The position numbers and the translations under genes are program-made. Shown here piece by piece: positions 8,689 to 15,809 of a stretch of DNA of 20,450 bases; the stretch's first letter is position 1; each line of letters starts with the position of its first letter. The stretch spans positions 1-20,450 of the forward strand of contig JAHIRY010000041.1 of assembly GCA_018818405.1 (NCBI GenBank), written 5' to 3'. The DNA comes from Patescibacteria group bacterium (GTDB lineage Bacteria; Patescibacteriota; Patescibacteriia; UBA11705; JABHMO01). A model generated the notes under the pieces. The model was not told the origin of the DNA. It was given only the letters and a program-made list of their open reading frames with translations, and did no database searches.

Positions 8689-8833
8689 ATTTTTTTTAGC
8701 TTGTCCCGCCGCGGGCGGGATAAACTTAACTCGCTTATTAGCTCGTTGACGAAAATATAGAATTTAGAAGATATACTATAGAGAAATAGACCGAATTAAT
8801 TATTGATTATCATTTGTCAATGTGGTCATGAAC

Positions 8834-8874
8834 AAAAAAGAAGCTTATTTAATTATAGCTTCTTTTTATTGAAA
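8834..8874 (-). terminator. Hairpin plus U-run downstream of rpmH (minus strand).
   Basis: aagaagct...agcttctt stem with T/A runs on both sides, between rpmH and rnpA. Confidence 0.5.
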
Positions 8875-8881
8875 ACATCAA

Positions 8882-9028
8882 TTATCGATCAGATGTGCTC
8901 AGACTCAGACGGCCTTTTTCTCGGCGTCTCTTCAGAGTTGCTCTGCCATCCTTGGTTCGCATGCGTCTCATGAAACCGTGTTTTTTCAATTTTCTTCGTT
9001 TATTCGGTTGATATGTTCTTTTCGGCAT
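8882..9028 (-). CDS. rpmH: 50S ribosomal protein L34.
   Basis: Not in the ORF track (48 aa). Minus-strand translation is [48 protein letters not shown], a clear L34 (MKRTFQPS..R.R.HGFR.RM.T..GR.VL.RRR.KGR..L). ATG is rc of 9026-9028 and stop is TAA at 8882-8884. Confidence 0.9.
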   Translation of the reverse strand: MPKRTYQPNKRRKLKKHGFMRRMRTKDGRATLKRRREKGRLSLSTSDR

Positions 9029-9373
9029 ATAAATAAATCCAAAGGCGCGTGTCCGAAATTAAACAGATGAAAAAGCGGAAAAACCCGCAAAAATGTTTAA
9101 CTTAAGACATAAATTACTAAGCGGTTATATAATACATTAATGAAATTAATAAGTCAATAAGCCGAACAACCAGTCCAATGGACGAATATGGCGGTGAATT
9201 TTATTCTCTTTTTTCTGCAACAAACGACCGTCTCAGCCAAACCAATCGTTTTTCACAAGAAAATAACGAAAACCGCGATTGCGGCGATTGTCCGCCAAAA
9301 AGCGATTGGATTTTCAATGCTTGCAATATGTTTCCGGCTCCGATAAAATTTTATCAACAGCGTATTATTCGAC

Positions 9374-9423
9374 TTATACACATGATACCAACAGATTATT
9401 AACTTTCCCACAGGTTGTCCACA
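9374..9423 (+). promoter_or_regulatory. Upstream DnaA-box cluster (part of oriC / dnaA autoregulatory region).
   Basis: Three same-orientation 9-mers within 1 mismatch of TTATCCACA: TTATACACA (9374-9382), TTTCCCACA (9404-9412), TTGTCCACA (9415-9423). Confidence 0.6.
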
Positions 9424-9617
9424 ATGACGATGAATGCTAAAATCAGCATAAGCGGGAATCAGGGCTCAGTCAGCAAGGAGCAAAGAGCACCATTCATATA
9501 ACATGTAGCGTGTAACACTTTTTGTAGAGGCGGGTTGCACCCGCCTAATCCGGTGAAAAATGCGAAATCCTTAATTTCGCAATAATAATCCGCCTGCCCC
9601 GCACGCTGCGGTGGTAA

Positions 9618-9653
9618 ATTCGTAACATTCGTAATATTTGTAAATTCGTAACC
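9618..9653 (+). repeat. Four phased 9-bp direct repeats (ATTCGTAAN) immediately upstream of the dnaA start.
   Basis: ATTCGTAA at 9618, 9627 and 9645, and ATTTGTAA at 9636, with exact 9-bp periodicity. The array ends 34 nt before the dnaA ATG. Confidence 0.85.
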
Positions 9654-9686
9654 ATCGCATAACAAAACATAAACAGAAACAAAATT

Positions 9687-11060
9687 ATGGAGGAAAAAAA
9701 TCAGCAAATTTGGCAAGCGGTGCTCGGCGAGCTGGAATTGACTCTCAGCAAGGCGAGCTTTACCACTTGGTTAAAAAATACATTCATTATAGAAAATGAA
9801 GACGGACGAGTGTTGATCGGCGTGCCGAATACTTTTTCCCAGGCGTGGCTGAAACAAAAATATCATCAGCAGATCTACAAAATTCTGCAAAACAATTCAA
9901 AGGAAAGAATACGGGAAATTAATTACAAGGTGCAAACACTGAAAAATTATCAGACGCAAATAGACAACATAAAGAAAACCATTGTTGAAGAAAGGTCTGA
10001 ACCGCGTCCGGCGGAGCAAACGGCAACCCAGCAGATCATTCTCAATCCAAAGTATAGATTTGAAACTTTCATTGTAGGAAAGGGAAATGAACTGGCGCAC
10101 GCGGCGTCAAAAGCTGTGTCGGAAAATCCCGGACTCACCTATAATCCGCTGTTCATCTATGGCGGAGTCGGACTGGGAAAAACTCATTTGATGCAAGCGA
10201 TCGGCAATGCGGCCGCGCAGAGAAATTCAGCAATAAAAGTGCTGTATGTGACCTGCGAACAATTTACCAATGATTTTATTTCCGCGATTTCATCGGGAAG
10301 AGCTGATGTCTTTGCGAAAACATACAGATCGCCAGATATTCTGCTGGTTGATGACATTCAATTTTTGACGGGAAAAGAAGGAACGCAAGAAGCTTTTTTT
10401 CACACATTCAATGATCTTCACCAGAAAAACAAACAAATTATCATCACTTCCGACAGACCGCCAAAAGCGATCGCAACATTGGAAGATCGATTGCTGTCGC
10501 GATTTGAATGGGGAATGATCGCGGATATTTCTCAGCCGGATCTGGAAACCAGAATCGCGATTCTTGAATTGAAATGCAAAGAAAAGGGACTTCCTCTGGA
10601 TCGGGACATTATCAATTACATTACATTGAACATTCAGAACAATATTCGAGAATTGGAAGGCGCGCTCAATAAAATTATGGCTTATTATCAGCTGAACAAA
10701 ATAACTCCGACGCTCGAAAACATAAAGAAAATTCTTTTTTCCATTTCCGCTTCCAGCAAAAAGAACGGAGCTGTTTCCGTCCGGCAATTGATTGAAACTG
10801 TTTGTGAATTTTACGAATTGGAAATGGAGGAAATGATGGGAAAAAGCCGGCAAAAAAGATTGGCATTCCCCAGACAAATAATAATGTACTTGCTCCGCGA
10901 AGAAATTCACGCATCATATCCGATGATCGGCCATGAACTCGGCGGCCGCGACCACACGACAGCAATGCATGCTCATGAAAAGATTGCGAGAGTGATTGAA
11001 GAAGATGAAAAAGTGCGGCAGGAAATCAATTTGATCAAACAAAAGGTCTATTCTTGTTGA
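9687..11060 (+). CDS. dnaA: Chromosomal replication initiator protein DnaA.
   Basis: 457 aa. Walker A GVGLGKTHLMQAIGN, Walker B LLVDDIQFL, sensor IITSDRPP, and C-terminal DNA-binding helix DHTTAMHAHEKI. Stop TGA is immediately followed by TAA. Confidence 0.97.
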   Translation: MEEKNQQIWQAVLGELELTLSKASFTTWLKNTFIIENEDGRVLIGVPNTFSQAWLKQKYHQQIYKILQNNSKERIREINYKVQTLKNYQTQIDNIKKTIVEERSEPRPAEQTATQQIILNPKYRFETFIVGKGNELAHAASKAVSENPGLTYNPLFIYGGVGLGKTHLMQAIGNAAAQRNSAIKVLYVTCEQFTNDFISAISSGRADVFAKTYRSPDILLVDDIQFLTGKEGTQEAFFHTFNDLHQKNKQIIITSDRPPKAIATLEDRLLSRFEWGMIADISQPDLETRIAILELKCKEKGLPLDRDIINYITLNIQNNIRELEGALNKIMAYYQLNKITPTLENIKKILFSISASSKKNGAVSVRQLIETVCEFYELEMEEMMGKSRQKRLAFPRQIIMYLLREEIHASYPMIGHELGGRDHTTAMHAHEKIARVIEEDEKVRQEINLIKQKVYSC

Positions 11061-11155
11061 TAAACTGTGAATAAACGGCGAAAAAGAATTGAAAAAACGT
11101 GTTTATAAACATTTTCCGATGTGAATAAAAAATAACGGGTTTCCCGAAAATGCAC

Positions 11156-11300
11156 TTTTCCACAGTTATCCACAATGTATCCACCTCCTTGCTGACAGAC
11201 TTATTCCACCAGCACTTTTTCTAAACTTAGCCCTTGAACGCACTTATCCACCAATATCCACAGCCTTATTATTATTATTAAATAAATATATATATAGTTA
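11156..11300 (+). promoter_or_regulatory. oriC core: DnaA-box cluster plus AT-rich DNA unwinding element (DUE) in the dnaA-dnaN intergenic region.
   Basis: Same-orientation boxes TTTTCCACA (11156-11164), TTATCCACA (perfect, 11166-11174), GTATCCACC (11177-11185), TTATCCACC (11244-11252) and ATATCCACA (11254-11262). These are followed by ttattattattattaaataaatatatatatag at 11265-11297, directly upstream of dnaN. Confidence 0.85.
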
Positions 11301-11316
11301 ACGTCTATAACACCCT

Positions 11317-12444
11317 ATGAAACTAACTTGCCTGCAAGAAAATTTAAATTCAGGATTACAAACGACCGGACATTTAGTAAACAAGAACGTGAACCTGCCC
11401 ATTCTCAACAATGTTTTACTGGAAGCGAAGGATGGAACATTGAAACTATCGAGCACTAATCTGGAAATAGGAATAAGCGCGACCGTTCGATGCAAAGTGG
11501 AAACCGAAGGCGCGTTCACTGTTGACGCAAAACTTTTGGCTGATTATGTGAATCTGTTGCCGAATGATCAGATTAACATCGAAAAAGACGCGGACGATTC
11601 GTTGAAATTGACCTGCCGAAGTTCTTCCACAAAAATAAAAGGTATTGCGTCCGACGATTTTCCGGTAATTCCTCAATTGGAAAAAGAAAAACCTTATAAA
11701 GTGAATATCAAGGATTTTAAAAAAGCATTGTCTCAAGTTATCTTCTCTGTTGCCGTGTCTGAAACCAGACCGGAAATTAGCGGAGTGCTGATGACTTTCA
11801 ATAAATTTGAGGCAAACAGTTTATATTTGGCGGGAACAGACAGTTATCGTTTGGCTGAAAAGAAAATTGCAGTGGCTGAAAATACCGAGGAAAAGGAAGT
11901 GATTGTTCCGGTAAAAGCATTGCAAGAGGTTTTGCGAATTTTGAATGGTTTGAAAGATCAGATGAATGCGCCGGAATCCATTGATTTATTTATCTCAGAC
12001 AATCAAATATTGTTTTCCGGTGAAGGTTTTGAATTGATTTCCCGACTGATCGAAGGACAATATCCTGATTATAAACAAATAATCCCCAAAGAAACGAAAA
12101 CAACCGTGACTGTTTCCACTTCGGACTTGACGAAAGTTATAAAAACCGTAGCGTTATTTTCAAAAACCGGTATTTTCGATGTAAATTTGGTTTTTGATCC
12201 GGGCAGAGGCCTAGTAATTCGCGCGGCCAATATTCAAGTCGGCGAGAGCACTTCTGAAATTGATGTTGAATTTGTGGGAACAAACAATGAAAGCACGATC
12301 AATTATCGTTATTTGTTGGAAGGATTGAGCAATATTGACGCATCGGAAATAAAAATCAGCTTGGTTGACGGAAATATTCCGCTTTTGATAAATCCGAAAG
12401 ACAATGACGATTATTTGTACATTATTATGCCGATTCGGCAATAA
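11317..12444 (+). CDS. dnaN: DNA polymerase III beta sliding clamp DnaN.
   Basis: 375 aa with typical clamp N-terminus (MKLTCLQENLNSGLQTTGHLV) and three-domain length. Immediately downstream of dnaA. Confidence 0.95.
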   Translation: MKLTCLQENLNSGLQTTGHLVNKNVNLPILNNVLLEAKDGTLKLSSTNLEIGISATVRCKVETEGAFTVDAKLLADYVNLLPNDQINIEKDADDSLKLTCRSSSTKIKGIASDDFPVIPQLEKEKPYKVNIKDFKKALSQVIFSVAVSETRPEISGVLMTFNKFEANSLYLAGTDSYRLAEKKIAVAENTEEKEVIVPVKALQEVLRILNGLKDQMNAPESIDLFISDNQILFSGEGFELISRLIEGQYPDYKQIIPKETKTTVTVSTSDLTKVIKTVALFSKTGIFDVNLVFDPGRGLVIRAANIQVGESTSEIDVEFVGTNNESTINYRYLLEGLSNIDASEIKISLVDGNIPLLINPKDNDDYLYIIMPIRQ

Positions 12445-12445
12445 A

Positions 12446-12492
12446 AAAAAATGTAGAGGCGCATTGCAATGCGCCTCTACATTTTTTTTTGT
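12446..12492. terminator. Perfectly palindromic bidirectional terminator after dnaN.
   Basis: AAAAAAAAATGTAGAGGCGCATTG / CAATGCGCCTCTACATTTTTTTTT, a 14-bp perfect stem flanked by A9 and T9. Confidence 0.85.
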
Positions 12493-12523
12493 GAAAACGG
12501 TTTTTTTTACAGAAGAACCGTTT
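12487..12523 (+). terminator. Second hairpin plus T-run after dnaN.
   Basis: aacggtt ... aaccgtt stem followed by tgtttt. Confidence 0.5.
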
Positions 12524-12638
12524 GTTTTGACTTGGAATAGAAAAGAAAGGATCTCGATTCTCGCTCATTGAGAGAAATTTAAATATTTTTGGATGAATAA
12601 GCTTAATTTCATTGTAGTGAATGCGTCCGAATACGCGC

Positions 12639-12688
12639 CGGATTTATGAGTAGTGGCGGGTCTAGACCCGCCACTACTCATAAATCCG
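12639..12688. repeat. Perfect 50-bp palindrome (25+25) centred on TCTAGA.
   Basis: cggatttatgagtagtggcgggtct|agacccgccactactcataaatccg with no mismatch. There is no flanking U-run on either strand. Confidence 0.95.
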
Positions 12689-12780
12689 CGGATGCCGTTC
12701 GTTTGAAAGATTAAAAGAAAAAGGCGGGGAGTTTGTTCCCCTCGCACAAAAATCATTTTAATTCCCGAAGATAATCGGAA

Positions 12781-12812
12781 ATAAAAAAAACACGGAAGAA
12801 TTCCGCGTTTAA
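12781..12812 (-). terminator. Rho-independent terminator of the tRNA-Gly/tRNA-Leu transcript (minus strand).
   Basis: Minus-strand sense aaacgcggaattcttccgtgTTTTTTTT. Confidence 0.65.
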
Positions 12813-12903
12813 CAATTTCATCTTCGTATATTATGAATGGCTTGCCATGAAGTCACGCAAACTTCGCTTATCCGTGATTTTCAGTTTAAAAGCGTGTACT
12901 TCA

Positions 12904-12990
12904 TGGTGCCGCGGGCCGGAATCGAACCGGCACGGATTTGCATCCGCAGGATTTTAAGTCCTGTGTGTCTACCAGTTTCACCACCGCGGC
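12904..12990 (-). tRNA. tRNA-Leu (anticodon TAA).
   Basis: 87 nt. Acceptor gccgcgg/ccgcggc, anticodon arm cagga-cttaaaa-tcctg, 15-nt variable arm cggatgcaaatccgt, T-arm gccgg-ttcgatt-ccggc, encoded CCA. Confidence 0.92.
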
Positions 12991-13005
12991 TCGCGTTTTG
13001 AATTC

Positions 13006-13079
13006 TGGAGCGGGAGACGGGATTCCCTTCGATGCGACTCAGGGTCGGCTTCTCATCCTCTTTAAAATAAAACTTCTTT
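13006..13079 (-). repeat. tRNA-trailer insertion element: conserved ~54-nt core followed by a 20-nt direct copy of the tRNA-Gly 3' end (incl. CCA).
   Basis: 13006-13025 (tggagcgggagacgggattc) is identical to tRNA-Gly 3' end 13080-13099. The core 13026-13079 is homologous to the cores of the tRNA-Lys-associated repeats at 20121-20361. Confidence 0.8.
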
Positions 13080-13155
13080 TGGAGCGGGAGACGGGATTCG
13101 AACCCGCGACCTCAACCTTGGCAAGGTTGCGCTCTACCAACTAAGCTACTCCCGC
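13080..13155 (-). tRNA. tRNA-Gly (anticodon GCC).
   Basis: 76 nt. Acceptor gcgggag/ctcccgc, anticodon arm caacc-ttgccaa-ggttg, T-arm gcggg-ttcgaat-cccgt, encoded CCA. Confidence 0.92.
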
Positions 13156-13194
13156 AAATATTTGATAAAAGGTGTAAATATTGTATCAAAAAGT

Positions 13195-13225
13195 ATTATA
13201 TAGTCAATATTGAAAAAAGAAAAGA
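13195..13225 (-). promoter_or_regulatory. Candidate promoter for the tRNA-Gly/tRNA-Leu operon.
   Basis: Minus-strand TATAAT (rc of 13195-13200) lies ~40 nt upstream of the tRNA-Gly 5' end. TTGACT (rc of 13203-13208) is too close to be its -35, so the -35 element is unclear. Confidence 0.3.
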
Positions 13226-13331
13226 GCCCCATCTGAAATCAGACGAAGCCCCCTTTTTTTTCGTTTATGACGGCCGAGAATTAAGAATAAGATTAAGGAG
13301 AAGAATTAAGGAATGGAATCGCCGTTTTTAT

Positions 13332-13793
13332 TTATTGCAAACAATAATAGCCGATCGCGCCAAACGCGACGCTCACATTCAGGCTGTTTTTTTGTCCGAG
13401 CATGGGCAAGTGAATTATTTTGTCGCATTGTTTTTGAATTCCGGGCAAAATTCCGGTTTTCTCGTTGCCAAGAATTATCAACACTTTGTTTTTCGGTTTC
13501 CACCTTCTGTAATCAATGCTTTTCCGTTTGTTTAATTCCAATGCGATTATTTCATATCCGGCTCGTTTATATTCTTCAATTGTCGGTTTCAAGTTAAAAA
13601 TATGTTCCCAGTCAACTTTTTTTTCAGCTCCGAGCGCGGTTTTTCCCACTTTCGGTTGGTTTTTCGGAGTTGGAGAATATCCGGCGAGAAAAAGTTTTTC
13701 CGCGCCAATGGCGTCAGCGGTTCGAAAGATTGAGCCGATGTTGTAGGCGCTGCGGATTTTGTTGGCGACTACTATAATTTTTCTTTTTTTCAT
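13332..13793 (-). CDS. SpoU/TrmH-family (SPOUT) RNA 2'-O-methyltransferase.
   Basis: 153 aa: MKKRKIIVVANKIRSAYNIGSIFRTADAIGAEKLFLAG ... LILGNEKTGILPGIQKQCDKIIHLPMLGQKNSLNVSVAFGAIGY. The SPOUT motifs are present (N.GSIFRTA, LG.E..G, SLNVSVA). Confidence 0.85.
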   Translation of the reverse strand: MKKRKIIVVANKIRSAYNIGSIFRTADAIGAEKLFLAGYSPTPKNQPKVGKTALGAEKKVDWEHIFNLKPTIEEYKRAGYEIIALELNKRKSIDYRRWKPKNKVLIILGNEKTGILPGIQKQCDKIIHLPMLGQKNSLNVSVAFGAIGYYCLQ

Positions 13794-13840
13794 AAATATG
13801 AAATCATGATAAAATGTAAAAGCAAAATAAGCAAATCAAT

Positions 13841-14851
13841 ATGGAAGAAGAGACAAACAGAATTATTTCCGCGTCATTGGAAGACAATGAAAACACCTTT
13901 GATGTGACGCTTCGCCCAAAAGTGCTGGATGAATTTGTCGGACAGTCGCAAATAAAAGAAAATTTAAACATTTTCATTGAAGCTGCGAGGTGAAGACAAG
14001 AACCGCTCGAACATGTGTTGCTGTACGGTCCGCCCGGATTGGGAAAGACCACCCTGGCGCACATAATCGGCCGTGAGATGAATGTAAATGTAAAAGTGAC
14101 CTCTGGTCCTGCGATTGAAAAAAGCGGCGACCTGGCGGCCATTTTGACGAATCTGGAACCGGGCGATGTTTTGTTTATTGACGAGATTCATCGATTGCAT
14201 CGGATCATTGAAGAAGTGTTGTATTCCGCAATGGAAGATTTTGTTTTGGATATTATAATAGGCAAAGGACCTTCGGCAAAAACATTGCGCATTGATCTGC
14301 CGCAATTCACTTTGATCGGCGCGACAACGAAAATTTCCCGGCTGTCCTCCCCTCTTCGCGATCGATTCGGCAATACTTATCATCTGGAATTTTACGATGA
14401 AAACGATATTAAAAAAATAATTTCGCGCACAGCGAAAATATTAAAAGTGGAAATAGAAGACGAATGTTCCGCCGAATTGGCGCGGCGCGCGCGAAAAACT
14501 CCCCGCATAGCCAACCGGCTTTTGAAGAGAATCCGCGATTACGCCGAGGTGAAGAACAATGGGAAGATTGATTCTACCGTTATCGGAGCGGCTTTAAAAA
14601 TGTTGAATGTTGACGCGCTTGGATTGGATCAAATTGATCGCAGAATTCTTTTGACAATAATTGAAAAATTCAATGGCGGTCCGGTCGGACTGAATACCAT
14701 TGCGGCGGCAACTTCCGAGGAAATGGATGCGATCGAAGATGTTTATGAACCGTTTTTGCTCCAGCTCGGTTTTCTAAACAGAACAAATCGTGGTAGAATA
14801 GTGACAGCGGAGGCTTATAAACACCTGGGAATTAATTTTTCTCAGCAGTAA
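13841..14851 (+). CDS. ruvB: Holliday-junction helicase RuvB, reading frame interrupted by an in-frame TGA at 13991-13993.
   Basis: ATG at 13841 gives [50 protein letters not shown], then TGA, then in the same frame [26 protein letters not shown]...FIDEIHRL...[15 protein letters not shown]. This aligns continuously to RuvB (RPK.LDE..GQ......[22 protein letters not shown]). The ORF track only shows the part from GTG 14015. Confidence 0.8.
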
Positions 14852-14902
14852 TAAGTGTTTTTTGAGAGACGCTCTATCAAGTTGTTTATTTTTCTTTAAA
14901 AT

Positions 14903-15145
14903 ATGTCAATTTCGATTTCAATATTTTTGATTTTATATCTCATTTATTTGCTGATTTTTTTTATTTTCAGTTTGTTCAATGTTTGGCATTTGCAGAGATT
15001 CGGTTTTTCCGGCTTTTGGCCGTATGCCATAACATTCGGTTATATTGCGGCGACAATTTTGGTTTTGGCCGTCACTGTTATTTTTTTGATTCCCATAGAT
15101 TGGTCGACTCCACTTCCTTTTTTTGAAAGTTTGCCGATCGATTAA
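14903..15145 (+). CDS. Small hydrophobic membrane protein (2-3 helices).
   Basis: 80 aa, ATG start. ISISIFLILYLIYLLIFFIFSLF and YIAATILVLAVTVIFLIPI. It sits 18 nt upstream of the bPH-domain gene. Confidence 0.55.
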   Translation: MSISISIFLILYLIYLLIFFIFSLFNVWHLQRFGFSGFWPYAITFGYIAATILVLAVTVIFLIPIDWSTPLPFFESLPID

Positions 15146-15163
15146 TTTTTTATAATCATATTT

Positions 15164-15718
15164 ATGTATAGCAGAAGGAATTTTCCCAATCAAAAGCCGA
15201 ATGAACATGTGATTTTGTTTTTGCGTCGGCATTGGATCGCGCCTCTAAAGATTTTTTTTATCGGTTTTATCTTGGCGCTGATTCCGGTTCTGCTGTATTT
15301 CGTTTTTTCTTCAATCTCGGCGCTCTGGGAACGAGAATCATTCATGGCAATGTTTATTCTGGCGCTGAGCGGATATTATTTATTTGTTCTTCTTTATACT
15401 TTTGCGGATTTTGTGGATTATTATCTGGATGTCTGGATTGTGACAAATGAACGAATTATAAATATTGAACAAAAAGGACTTTTCGCACGAGTTATTTCCG
15501 AGAAGGAATTGGTAATAATGCAGGATATCACTTCAGAGATTGAAGGTTTCTGGCATACTGTTTTCAATTACGGCGACATATTCATTCAGACTGCAGGAGA
15601 AAAAGAACGATTTGTTTTCAAACAAGTCCCCCGCGCGGATGAAGTTGCCAGGAAAATCAGCAATCTTGTCAGTGAATCAAGGCGTTTGCGGCAAGGCGCG
15701 CTGGAAGATTGGAATTAA
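15164..15718 (+). CDS. Membrane protein with bacterial PH domain (DUF304/bPH_2, YdbS/YdbT-like).
   Basis: EHVILFLRRHWIAPL, two transmembrane helices, then a C-terminal PH-like region with WIVTNERIINIE...G.F.R....K...I..I......G.WHTVFNYGDIFIQTAG. Confidence 0.75.
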   Translation: MYSRRNFPNQKPNEHVILFLRRHWIAPLKIFFIGFILALIPVLLYFVFSSISALWERESFMAMFILALSGYYLFVLLYTFADFVDYYLDVWIVTNERIINIEQKGLFARVISEKELVIMQDITSEIEGFWHTVFNYGDIFIQTAGEKERFVFKQVPRADEVARKISNLVSESRRLRQGALEDWN

Positions 15719-15744
15719 AAATCAAATTTAGATAAAGCAAAAAA

Positions 15745-15775
15745 TAGGGCAGCACCCTATTTTTTGTGTGGAGAT
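15745..15775. terminator. Bidirectional terminator between the bPH-domain gene (+) and the SpoIID-like gene (-).
   Basis: aaaaaATAGGGcagcaCCCTATttttttg. Confidence 0.75.
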
Positions 15776-15809
15776 TTTTTTGTTTGAAAGAACAGTTAAA
15801 TTTATCTGA

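Noticed and set aside
8745-8830. Possible divergent promoters (ttgacg...; ttgacaaatgataatcaataattaatt on the minus strand) between rpmH and rnpA.
   Set aside because: The -10 elements are poor and several alternatives fit equally well. This is too ambiguous to annotate without transcription-start data.
9178-9402. 74-aa ORF in the rpmH-dnaA intergenic region.
   Set aside because: No RBS. It overlaps the DnaA-box/origin-proximal region, with odd composition. This region is normally non-coding in bacteria.
12524-12780. Possible small RNA gene (SRP RNA, 6S, tmRNA or RNase P RNA) in the 255-bp gap between the dnaN and tRNA terminators.
   Set aside because: None of the conserved motifs of these RNAs (e.g. 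RNase P GGAAAGUCCGG, SRP domain IV, tmRNA tRNA-like end) are present. Only the palindrome and generic hairpins were found.
12837-12848. Sigma-54 promoter (-24 TGGCAC / -12 TTGC) interpretation of the TGGCAAGCCAT motif.
   Set aside because: Spacing and the -12 element do not fit the TGGCAC-N5-TTGC consensus. The motif is a self-complementary palindrome instead.
13313-13597. 94-aa + ORF preceded by an RBS-like aaggag...aaggaATG.
   Set aside because: It is fully antisense to the SpoU methyltransferase gene. Its Cys/Phe/Arg-rich composition is typical of antisense translation, and the SpoU frame has strong motif support.
13991-13993. Global UGA reassignment (genetic code 4 or 25) as the explanation for the in-frame TGA in ruvB.
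   Set aside because: TGA terminates both tandem paralogs. The sequence after TGA is an identical terminator hairpin read in different frames, so it is non-coding. TGA also ends dnaA. The genome therefore most likely uses the standard code.
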